29,800 bases of DNA from an uncultured Clostridia bacterium (GTDB lineage Bacteria; Bacillota; Clostridia; Oscillospirales; Acutalibacteraceae). Below, piece by piece: positions 1 through 9,200 of this stretch; position 1 is the stretch's first letter, and the number at the start of each line of letters is the position of its first letter. Made by a program: the position numbers and the translations under genes. The stretch lies in assembly GCA_947168785.1 (NCBI GenBank), contig CAMVNL010000001.1:1-29800 (forward strand). The letters are read 5' to 3'. The notes under the pieces are model-generated. The model ran no database searches, was not told where the DNA came from, and saw only the letters and a program-made list of their open reading frames with translations.

Positions 1-1
1 G

Positions 2-376
2 GTGGATATCGCGGGCACGCCGGACCTGGGTCCCGTGCTGTTTGCCGCCGCGGCGGCGCTCCACGGCGGACGGTTTACCGGCACCCGAAGGCTTGCCATC
101 AAAGAGAGCGACCGGGCTGCCGCTATGGCGCAGGAGCTGGGTAAGTTTGGCGTGAAAACGCAGATAGAAGAAAACGCCGTCACGGTGTTCCCGGGCGGGC
201 TGACGAAGCCCACTGAACCCCTCAGCGGCCACAACGACCACCGCATCGTCATGGCGCTGGCGGTCCTCCTCACCCAAACCGGCGGCGCCATCGAAGGCGC
301 CGAGGCGGTGAGAAAGAGCTTTCCGAGGTTTTGGGAGGCGCTGCGCGGGCTGGGGATCGCGGTGTGCGTATCGTAG
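2..376 (+). CDS. aroA: 3-phosphoshikimate 1-carboxyvinyltransferase (EPSP synthase), 3' part; 5'-truncated by window edge
   Basis: C-terminal EPSPS motifs PDL, KESDR, HNDHRIVMA and KSFPRFWE; lies upstream of tyrA and DAHP synthase. Confidence 0.96.
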   Translation: MDIAGTPDLGPVLFAAAAALHGGRFTGTRRLAIKESDRAAAMAQELGKFGVKTQIEENAVTVFPGGLTKPTEPLSGHNDHRIVMALAVLLTQTGGAIEGAEAVRKSFPRFWEALRGLGIAVCVS

Positions 377-384
377 TCGGGGTG

Positions 385-567
385 TATCAGTCGGAAGTTA
401 TCAGTCGGAAGTCGGAAGTCACAGTCGGCGGCGCCGACAGGCGCGCTTGCGCGCGTCGGTTTGCCGTCTGACGACGGCTGATCATATCACCGGATTGGTT
501 TGGAAACCTTCTGTATATGGCGGAGGCATCGGCTTCACGGGACTTCCGACTTCCCACTTCCCACTGA
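385..567. repeat. Intergenic element bounded by inverted heptamer arrays (CGGAAGT)n / (ACTTCC[G/C])n with several internal hairpins
   Basis: TATCAGTCGGAAGT twice in tandem (385-412). Perfect 14-bp inverted repeat 407-420 (GGAAGTCGGAAGTC) / 541-554 (GACTTCCGACTTCC). Internal stems GTCGGCG-G-CGCCGAC (424-438) and GCCGTC-TGAC-GACGGC. Confidence 0.8.
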
Positions 568-579
568 AAAGGAGAAAAC

Positions 580-1434
580 ATGGAAATCAATCATAACACA
601 AGAATTGTCATCGTCGGCACGGGGCTCATCGGCGGCAGCTACGCGCAGGGGCTGACCGAGGCGGGCTTTGAAGTCGGCGGCGTGGATAAAAAGGAAGAAA
701 ACCTGCGCTATTGTCTGGAACGGGGCTGGCTGGCCCACGGGGAGACCGACCCAACGCCGGACTATCTCTCGCAGTTCGATATTATCATTCTGGCGCTGTA
801 CCCCCAGCGGGTGTACGAGTGGATCCTCGCGCATATGGACGCGCTGAAGCCCGGGGCCCTGCTGACCGATACCGCCGGCGTCAAGGGCACCATCGTGGCC
901 TCCATTCAGGCCTCGCTCCGGCCGGATCTGGAATTCGTCGGGGCTCATCCCATGGCCGGGCGCGAGCGCGGCGGTATGGAATACGCCGGGGCGGCCATCT
1001 TCAAGGGAGCCAATTTCATCGTCACCCCTACGGAAAAGAATACCCCCGCCGGTATCGAACAGGCGGAGGCCATCGGGCGCGCGCTGGGCTTCAAGCAGAT
1101 CGTGACCCTCTCCCCGGCGGAGCACGACGAGATGATCGCCTTCCTCTCCCAGATGACCCACTGCGTGGCGGTGGCGCTGATGACCTGCAAGGAATGCGAC
1201 GGCTTTGAGAAGTATTCCGGCGACTCCTTCCGGGACCTGACCCGCATCGCCAAGATCGACGAAAAGATGTGGCCCAACCTCTTCGCCCTGAATAAGGAGG
1301 AGCTGGTGGCGCAGATGGACCTGTTCGAGGCCCAGTTCCGCCGCATGCGGGACTATATCCTGAACGACGAAAAGGACAAGCTGCGGGAAATGATGGTGCT
1401 GTCCACACAAAGGCGGGAGAAGTTTGACCGGTGA
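580..1434 (+). CDS. tyrA: Prephenate dehydrogenase (TyrA, no ACT domain)
   Basis: Rossmann motif IVGTGLIGGS, plus D-x-AGVK, HPMAGRE, HDEMIAFLSQ and FRDLTRIA; 284 aa; RBS AAGGAG just upstream; aro context. Confidence 0.93.
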   Translation: MEINHNTRIVIVGTGLIGGSYAQGLTEAGFEVGGVDKKEENLRYCLERGWLAHGETDPTPDYLSQFDIIILALYPQRVYEWILAHMDALKPGALLTDTAGVKGTIVASIQASLRPDLEFVGAHPMAGRERGGMEYAGAAIFKGANFIVTPTEKNTPAGIEQAEAIGRALGFKQIVTLSPAEHDEMIAFLSQMTHCVAVALMTCKECDGFEKYSGDSFRDLTRIAKIDEKMWPNLFALNKEELVAQMDLFEAQFRRMRDYILNDEKDKLREMMVLSTQRREKFDR

Positions 1435-1437
1435 ATC

Positions 1438-1465
1438 AGGCAGTAGGCAGTAGGCAATAGGTAGC
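1438..1465. repeat. Short tandem heptamer repeat (AGGCAGT)x2-AGGCAAT-AGGTAGC
   Basis: Read directly from the sequence right after the tyrA stop; the last unit overlaps the first GTAG REP. Confidence 0.8.
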
Positions 1466-1718
1466 GGAGCACCTCAGTGCTGCTTTTTGCGCAAACAACT
1501 ACCGTAGCACGGCGCATTGCGCCGTCTGGCGGCTCCCCACGATGATTTGCTTTCCTCGGCATGATACCCTATGGAACAAGTTCTCAGCTGCAATCCAGTT
1601 ATATGAATCTGATACGCCAGACGGCGTGATACGCCGTGCTACGTGATGTAACTTCTCCCTCACAGCGGCACTGAGGTGCCGCGCTACACGACTTAAACGG
1701 CGCAAGGCGCCGTGCTAC
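1461..1718. repeat. Cluster of five GTAG-footed REP-like palindromes in nested inverted pairs (REPIN/BIME-like)
   Basis: REP-A 1461-1484 and inverted copy 1664-1687 (21/24 identical). REP-B 1503-1531 and inverted copy 1615-1643 (26/29). Third REP-B 1697-1718 (21/22 to the core). Each is GTAG plus a short hairpin. Confidence 0.85.
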
Positions 1719-1742
1719 ATAAAGAAACAAGAGGTAACGACA

Positions 1743-2771
1743 ATGAACATGGAATTTAAACGGGAACTGCCCAACGCCCGGGTGGTGAAAGAGATGTACC
1801 CCGTCTCCGAAACGGCGGCGGCGCGGAAAAAGGAGAACGACGCGGAAATCCAGAAGGTCTTCCGCGGTGAAAGCGACAAATTTGTGCTGGTGATCGGCCC
1901 CTGCTCCGCCGACCGTGAGGACGCGGTGCTGGAATACATCGCCCGCCTGGCGGACCTGCGGGAAAAGGTGCAGGACAAGATCGTCATCATCCCCCGCATC
2001 TATACCAACAAGCCACGCACCACCGGCGACGGCTACAAGGGCATGCTCCACCAGCCGGACCCCAACGCCAATCCGGATATGCTCAAGGGCGTCATCGCCA
2101 TCCGCAAGCTGCACCTGCGGGCGCTGGAGGAAACCGGATTTTCCTGCGCGGATGAGATGCTCTATCCGGAAAACCATCCCTACCTGTCAGACGTGCTCTC
2201 CTACGTGGCCGTTGGCGCCCGGTCGGTGGAAAACCAGCAGCACCGGCTCACCGCCAGCGGGCTGGATATCCCCGTGGGCATGAAAAACCCCACCGGCGGC
2301 GATCTTTCCGTCATGATGAACGCCATCACCGCCGCCCAGCACCCCCACACCTTCGTCTACACCAACTGGGAGGTGACAAGCCGGGGCAACCCCCTGGCCC
2401 ACGCCATTCTGCGGGGCAGCACCGACCGCAACGGGCAGAACGCCTCCAACTACCACTACGAGGACCTGATGAAGCTGCACGAGCTGTATGAAAAGAGCGG
2501 CCTTATGAACCCCGGCGTCATCATCGACACCAACCACGCCAACTCCGGCAAAAAGTGGAACGAGCAGCCCCGCATCGCCAAGGAGATCCTCCACAGTATG
2601 CGCTTGTCCCCGGACCTGAAAAAACTGGTCCGCGGCCTGATGATCGAATCCTACCTCGAAGACGGCTGCCAGAAGCCCGCCGAGGGCGTCTACGGCAAAT
2701 CCATCACCGACCCGTGCCTGGGCTGGGAAAAGACCGAACGCCTGATCCTCGATATCGCGGAGCTGGTGTAA
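1743..2771 (+). CDS. aroF: 3-deoxy-7-phosphoheptulonate (DAHP) synthase, class I-alpha (AroF/G/H type)
   Basis: Motifs IGPCSAD, RIYTNKPRT, GARSVENQ, VGMKN, DTNHANS and KSITDPCLGW; 342 aa. The F/G/H isoform name cannot be resolved from sequence. Confidence 0.93.
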   Translation: MNMEFKRELPNARVVKEMYPVSETAAARKKENDAEIQKVFRGESDKFVLVIGPCSADREDAVLEYIARLADLREKVQDKIVIIPRIYTNKPRTTGDGYKGMLHQPDPNANPDMLKGVIAIRKLHLRALEETGFSCADEMLYPENHPYLSDVLSYVAVGARSVENQQHRLTASGLDIPVGMKNPTGGDLSVMMNAITAAQHPHTFVYTNWEVTSRGNPLAHAILRGSTDRNGQNASNYHYEDLMKLHELYEKSGLMNPGVIIDTNHANSGKKWNEQPRIAKEILHSMRLSPDLKKLVRGLMIESYLEDGCQKPAEGVYGKSITDPCLGWEKTERLILDIAELV

Positions 2772-2785
2772 GGATAAGGTATCAT

Positions 2786-2812
2786 AAACTGCCCTTTACA
2801 GGGCGGTTTTTT
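2786..2812 (+). terminator. Rho-independent terminator of the aro operon
   Basis: AAACTGCCCT-TTAC-AGGGCGGTTT stem (one G-U pair) followed by further Ts, 15 nt after the DAHP synthase stop. Confidence 0.8.
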
Positions 2813-2814
2813 GT

Positions 2815-3083
2815 TTATCACGGATAAATGTGGGATGCCGCCATCAGGTTTATAGGATTGTCCGGTGATATATCATTCCGTAGGGGAGGCATTCTGACGC
2901 CCCGCGTTTGGAAGTAAACAACCTTTCAGCGGTCGCCCTCCGGTAAATGCACGTCTTGGCGCAAAGGGAAAGGATTCCGATGGTGCAACGCGGTGAGGGG
3001 CGTCAGGATGCCCCCCTGCGGTTGAGGAATGGATGCAGAAAAAACCATTGGACATATTGTAACCCTATAATTATCCGTGATGA
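2815..3083. repeat. Long imperfect fold-back element with a GTAG/GCAG REP doublet at its core (2880-3019)
   Basis: GTAGGGGAGGCATTCTGACGCCCC (2880-2903) vs inverted GGGGCGTCAGGATGCCCCCCTGC (2997-3019). Further nested arms CCGCGTT/AACGCGG, CATTCC/GGAATG, TGTCC/GGACA, TATAGG/CCTATA and TTATCACGGATAA/TTATCCGTGATGA. Confidence 0.75.
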
Positions 3084-3144
3084 ACTATTTTGAGTTTTTT
3101 TGTGCATTATTTGTAAACAAACTATTAACATTTCTTTGTCTATA

Positions 3145-3173
3145 TTGCATTTTTTCTCTCTGTTCTATATGAT
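3145..3173 (+). promoter_or_regulatory. Sigma70/SigA-type promoter of the giant surface-protein gene
   Basis: TTGCAT (3145-3150), 17 nt, TATGAT (3168-3173) in an AT-rich region. Implies the ORF-track start at 3100 is too far upstream. Confidence 0.6.
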
Positions 3174-3184
3174 TAAAATGTTGA

Positions 3185-3203
3185 ATTGTCCCATAGGGAC
3201 AAT
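3185..3203. promoter_or_regulatory. Perfect palindrome just downstream of the predicted promoter (candidate operator or 5'UTR hairpin)
   Basis: ATTGTCCC-ATA-GGGACAAT, perfect 8-bp arms. Confidence 0.45.
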
Positions 3204-3252
3204 AGATTTGACCGTTTTTCAACAAATTTATTCAGAAAGGTCAGTGAGCAGA

Positions 3253-6200
3253 TTGAAGAGAACGAAGAGGATCCCCAACAGAAGAAAAGCGTTGTCGCTG
3301 TTTCTCACCATTGTGATGGTTGTCACCATGATCCCCATGGTCACCTTCATGAACAAGGAAGAAAACACCGCCAGCGCGTATTCCAGTTATTCAAAACCGT
3401 ACAGCACGGAGTATTACTATGCCTCCGGCACACAATTTATCTATCAGTTGATCCTTTACTTTTCCTCCAGCAGCAACGGCGATGCCGAAAACTGGTTAAG
3501 AAATAACGGCTGGACGCCTTGGGGGCATAACTTTAACGCCGGCGATGGTCACAAAAGTAAGTACATCCATTCCGGTTACAAAACGACGACCGATCCCACG
3601 GTTGCCATCAAGGGGATTCTGGTGGCCACCGGTCACCCTGACTCCGTCAGTTACGGTGGGGCGACTTATTACAGAGTCGGCGGCGGCTTCACTACCCAGA
3701 CGCCTACCGGCGGCGACGGCAGTGTTGACCTGAACAAGGGCAACGGCGGTGACGATCTGTACCTGATGGCCACGGCCGACCGCGCGGCCGGCCCTGCTCT
3801 GACCTCTCTCAGCATGGGGCAGAGCGGCAATTCCGGTACCGCGCAGAGCAATCTGACGAACAACGGGTATCGTGTTGTCACAAACCAGAGCGGCGGCGCG
3901 CAGGACACCAACGCGGGCGCGGGCGGCGACTACAACTACTGCGGTCAGAAATCCTCCTGCACCACGGTCGATTCCAATACCCTGCGCAGCAAATACGCCG
4001 AGCTACTGGCTAAATATAATCAGATAAGTTATTATAATTATCCCAGCACCACAAAAGCGAATATTGAAAACGCTTTGACTACCGCAAGCAACATTCTTTC
4101 CGACCTGAACGACGGCTATACCACATCCAGCCAGACTACCATCAACAACGCCGCGAATGCCTGCTCCACACAGAGCGGTTATATGACGCCCAAGGCGCCT
4201 GTCATCTCCCGTGCCACCACCGTGCGGGACGGCGTGGCCGGCTATTGGGCCTACGCCTATGTGGATACCAACGGCGGCGCGCCGATCAACCGGGTACAGT
4301 TCCCCACCTGGACGAACCTGAACGGTCAGGACGATATCCAGGCGAACTGGGTGACCAACTCCGCCGCCAGCGGCACTTCGGGCAGCTGGACTGTGAACGG
4401 CAGCACTTATAACTATCGCTACTATGTGGCGGTCAGCAGCCATAATAATGAATATGTTGGTTACAATACCCACATCTATGCCTACAACAACCTTGGCGCA
4501 CAAACGTCAAGCAGCGCCAACTTCGGCAGCTTTACCTACCCTGTGAAGTACAACGGCAACGGCGCCACCGGTGGGTCCACCTCCAATCAGACCGTCAACT
4601 ATGGCGCGCAGACGCAGATCAATAACAATGGTTTCACTCGCGCTTATACGATCAACTATAACGGCAACGGCGGCACCGCGGCCAAAACCAGCGATACGGA
4701 GACCTGGACCTTCAACGGATGGGCCGGTTCCACCACCACGCCCGGCTACCTTATCAACAACGCCGGCGAAAAGAGCGGCACGGGCGGCGCGAACGGCTAC
4801 ACGGATTTCGCCCAGTGGACCATTGCAAACCCGTTCTACGCGGGCGAGGAATACACGCTGGAATTTGACGCCTACGGCACCGGTACGCTGATCAACTATT
4901 TCTACGGCGCGTCCGGATATCTGAATGTTGCGAAGTCTGTCAGCTCCAACGGCAGGACCTCTACCGGCGGGGACGGCAATATTACCGCCACCATGACCGG
5001 CAGCTGGGTCCATTATAAGATCGTGTGGACGCTGGGCTCTTCCGGCAACGGTTCAGTCAACAAGTACGTGCTGTTCCGCGCACAACAGGGCACAAGCAAC
5101 GTGATCCACGCCAAGAATATCAAATTCTATCAGAGCAAGTTCGTCAACAATTCCCGGATGCTTAACCTTTCCACCAGCGGCGATTACAACATGACGGCGC
5201 AGTGGACGGCAGGCAAAGAGACCATGCCCAACGCTACCCGCAGCGGCTGGACCTTCCTCGGCTGGAACACGTCGAACAGCGCCACCACTTCAGCTTATAA
5301 TTATAATACCACCCAGACCTTCAGCGCCAACAAGATGCTGTACGCCATCTGGAGCAGGTCCATCACCAACACCTATCACTGGTACAAGGCGGACTGTGCC
5401 ACCGACGCCACCAAGACGTCCAGCGGTACTGCATACAACGCTGCCACCACGCTGGCGCTGACCTCGCCCAAGACCACGGACGTGGTGACCGGTCTCTCCA
5501 AGAACGACAAGACCTGGACCCTGAAGGGCTGGGCGGAGCAGAGCGCCGCTACCTGGGGCGGCCAGAGCGAGACGGCGGCCGTCGGCTTTAACGCCTCCCA
5601 CAACGTGGCTACCACTTCCTCCGCGCATACCTTCATGCCCGTCTACTCCCACGATACCACCAAGTTCTACGCCAACTTCAACTACTACGTAGACGACGCT
5701 ACGGCTTACAGCAAGAAGACGATGGATAAGACCGTGGGAGGCGACGCAACCACCGGCGCGATGCCCATAGCGGCCGTTACCGCAGATGGCGCGAATAACT
5801 CCATCAAGCGCACATATTCCAACGACGGCCGTATCTACGAGCTGCAGGGCTGGTCCCAGACGGAGGGCGCCGCAGAGGCTGAGATCGCATACAACGCTTC
5901 CACCGTCACGCTGACGGTGCCCGGCGGCGTCAACCACGTGCCGCAGGCGTCCGATACGCCCAACATGACGCCTATTGAGCTGTACCCTGTGTATAAGCAT
6001 ATCGGCACCACGATCTACGCGCGCTTTAACTACTACGACGCGTCCGGCAATCTGCAGCAAAAGACCGTGTCCGGTTCCGCTGCCGGTACCAACACCACCG
6101 GAACCGTGACCTTCCCGGATGCTTCACTGGTCAACACAACTTACACGGCTGACGGCGTCACCTACACGCTGGTGGGATGGAGCGCCGCTAACGACAGCGA

Positions 6201-9200
6201 AGCCTGCAATTCGTTTAACTATGAGGTGACGCTGGATGTGCTGCCTCACCCTGCAACCGATTACTATACCTTCTATCCGGTGTATAAGTGCACCACTACG
6301 GCCAGGTATTACACCTATACCTCCGCCGGCGCTCTGACGTCCTCCACCCAGGCCACTGCACTGCTGAAGACAGATACCTTTACCCCCGCTACGGCAGATG
6401 TGGCAGTGCCGCAGACAGGCTTCAACAAGACCATCACGCTGGACGGCAGAACCTTTACCTTCTGCGGCTGGCGGACGGATACGACCACCAACGCCGACGC
6501 GACGGTGGCGACGACGGTGACCGCGCAGAGCCACGCCGTCAGAGACGCGGAATACGTCTATTACGCAATTTACAAAAATGACGCCCTGACGCTAAGCTAT
6601 GACGCGGCCCACGACGGCGTTACGGCGACGCCCGTGCCCGCTTCTCAGACCGGCGTCCAGTATATCAGCACCGCCACCGGCAACGCCGATATCAACAACG
6701 TGGCGGAGGTGACCTTTGACGTCAATCCGGATAATGTGATCCCCGCCAAGGAGGGTTACACCTTCATCGGCTGGGGCAACGTGGATTCCGAGGAGGAGAC
6801 CTTCGACTACGCCCCCACCGGCGCCACCCTGCAGACCCGCATCGACAAGTCTCTCTTCGCCCGTTTCCGCGTCAACGACATGAACGTCACCTTCGTGTAC
6901 TATGACGGCGCCGACCTGGAAGGCGATTATAAACACGAAACAAAGACCGTTTCCTACGACGATCTGCAGCGCGACGATTCCGCTTCGAACAGCAGATACG
7001 TGGTCACCGCCCCCACGGTGAAGCTGGTGGGCGCGGACAACGTCATCAACATGACGAATATCGTCCATGCCAACGACAAATATCACTACGTCTTCCAGAA
7101 ATGGGAGCGCTCTGACGGCAAGGGCATCCATACCGCCTCCGTCAACGGCATTGATTACACCGTCACCTACAAAAACGTGGTGGATGACATCACCGTTCAG
7201 GGTATTTACGACGCCTTCCCGCACCACTATGCGACGCTGACGAGCGCCGAGGTACAGGCGCTTCCCGCCAAATTCAATCCCGACGGCGATACCACAGCCG
7301 CCAAGGACGCCACCTGCACCAAGGACGGTTATCAGTACCTGAAATGCACCGACTGCGGCCACGTTTACAAACAGATCATTTCCAAGCTCGATCACAAGAA
7401 TGAAAGCGGCGTGCCCGTGGTCACCTACAGCGGCTACAAAGCGCCCACCTGCACGGCGACCGGTAAGTACGCCACCGCCGTCTGCGCCCTCTGCGGCGAC
7501 CTTGTCAAAACCGAGGACGGCTCCCGCGCAAGATACTACGGCATCGAGGGCAACGCCTACGTGGAAGCGGATTCCGCCGACGGCGTGATCCCGGCCATGG
7601 GCCACAAGTATGAGTTCAGAGAGACGGTCGCCCCCACCTGCACGGAGAAGGGCTATGACCTGTACGTCTGCGCCAACAACGCGACCCATACGGAAAAGCG
7701 CAACGAAGTTGCCGAAACGAATCATACCGAAGTGACCACCCCCGGCACTCCCGCTACCTGCACCGAGCCCGGCAGATCCGACGGCGTCGTCTGCTCCGTC
7801 TGCAACCGTGTGATCGCGGCGTCCTACACGATCCCCGCCACCGGCCACAACATGGTCAAAACCGCGGCGAAGGCGGCGACCTGCACCGAAGACGGCAACG
7901 TTGAGTACTACACCTGTACCAACTGCGGCAAGCTGTTTGCCGATAAGAACGGCGCTGCGGAGCTGACGGCGGAAGCCGCCGTGATCGCCGCCCTGGGCCA
8001 CAATTACGTGGAAACCCCCGCGGAAGAAGCCACCTGCACCAAGGCCGGCCATACGGCAGGCAAGGTCTGCTCCCGCTGCGGCGAGATCGCCCCGGGCAGC
8101 ACGGCCTCCGAAACCCAGCCCGCCCTCGGCCATGACCTGGACGAAGGCACGCATACGGATTCCGACAAGCCCTGCCAGACCCCCGGCTATACCACTTACG
8201 CCTGCCGGCGCGAAGGCTGCGATTACACGGAAGTCGTGAACGACGAACTGGCGCCGCATACTGAAAAGACCCTGCCCGACCAGCCCGCCACCTGCACGGC
8301 CATGGGTAAATCCTCCTATAAGATCTGCGAGGTCTGCGGAAAGACCCTCACCAACTATAAGTGGCTGCCCATGAAGGCCCACACCTACACCGTCGTTCAG
8401 ACGGCTGAAACGCCCGCCACCTGCGAGACCGCCGGCACCTCCGCTGTAATGAAGTGCGCCAACTGCGACGCCGTCGTCGGCGGCGATGAGATCGCGGCCC
8501 TCGGTCACAACTACAGCGCCTGGATCGTCACCGAAGCCACCTGTGAGACTGACGGCGCCAGGACCAAATACTGCAAGCGCTGCGGCGCCACGGTCACCGA
8601 AACCATCCCGGCCTCCGGCCATACCCCGAAGGACGTGGCGGAAGTACCCGCCACCTGCTCCGCGGAAGGCGTTGCCGCCGGTAAGATCTGCGAAATCTGC
8701 GGCGACGTGCTGGAAGGCTGCGAAGCGATCCCGATGCTGCCTCACGCCATGGGCGAGCCCGCCATCGTGAGAGAGCCCACCTGCGCGCAGGAAGGCCTTG
8801 AAATCACCACTTGCGCCAACTGCGACTATCAGGTCATTGAGAAGATCGAAAAGCTTCCTCACACGGAAAAAACCGTGGAAGAGGCCGTGGCCCCCACCTG
8901 CAACACCGCCGGAACCAAGGCGAAGATCGTGTGTGAAGTCTGCGGCGAGCTGATCCAGGCCCCCACCGTCGTGGCAAAGCTGGATCACGTCTGGCAAACC
9001 ATCCCGGCCGTGGCCCCCACCTGCGCCGCAAAGGGCACGACCGCCTATGAGAAGTGCGTCAACTGCGGAATCAACCTGACCGAACCGAGAGACGTGCCCG
9101 CAAAGGGACACGTATGGGGCGAGTGGCAGCTGGTCAAAGCGGCCACCTGCCTGGAGGACGGCTCCAGAGTGCGTTACTGCACCGTAGAAGGCTGCGAAGC

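Noticed and set aside
377-579. T-box or attenuator upstream of tyrA or the DAHP synthase gene
   Set aside because: No T-box consensus (AAGGTGG-ACC-CG) and no U-tailed terminator before the start codons.
1438-1718. CRISPR array
   Set aside because: Repeats are few, inverted relative to each other and irregularly spaced; no cas genes.
3100-3252. ORF-track start of the giant protein at 3100
   Set aside because: This stretch contains the predicted promoter and operator; the RBS and signal-peptide N-region point to 3244/3253.
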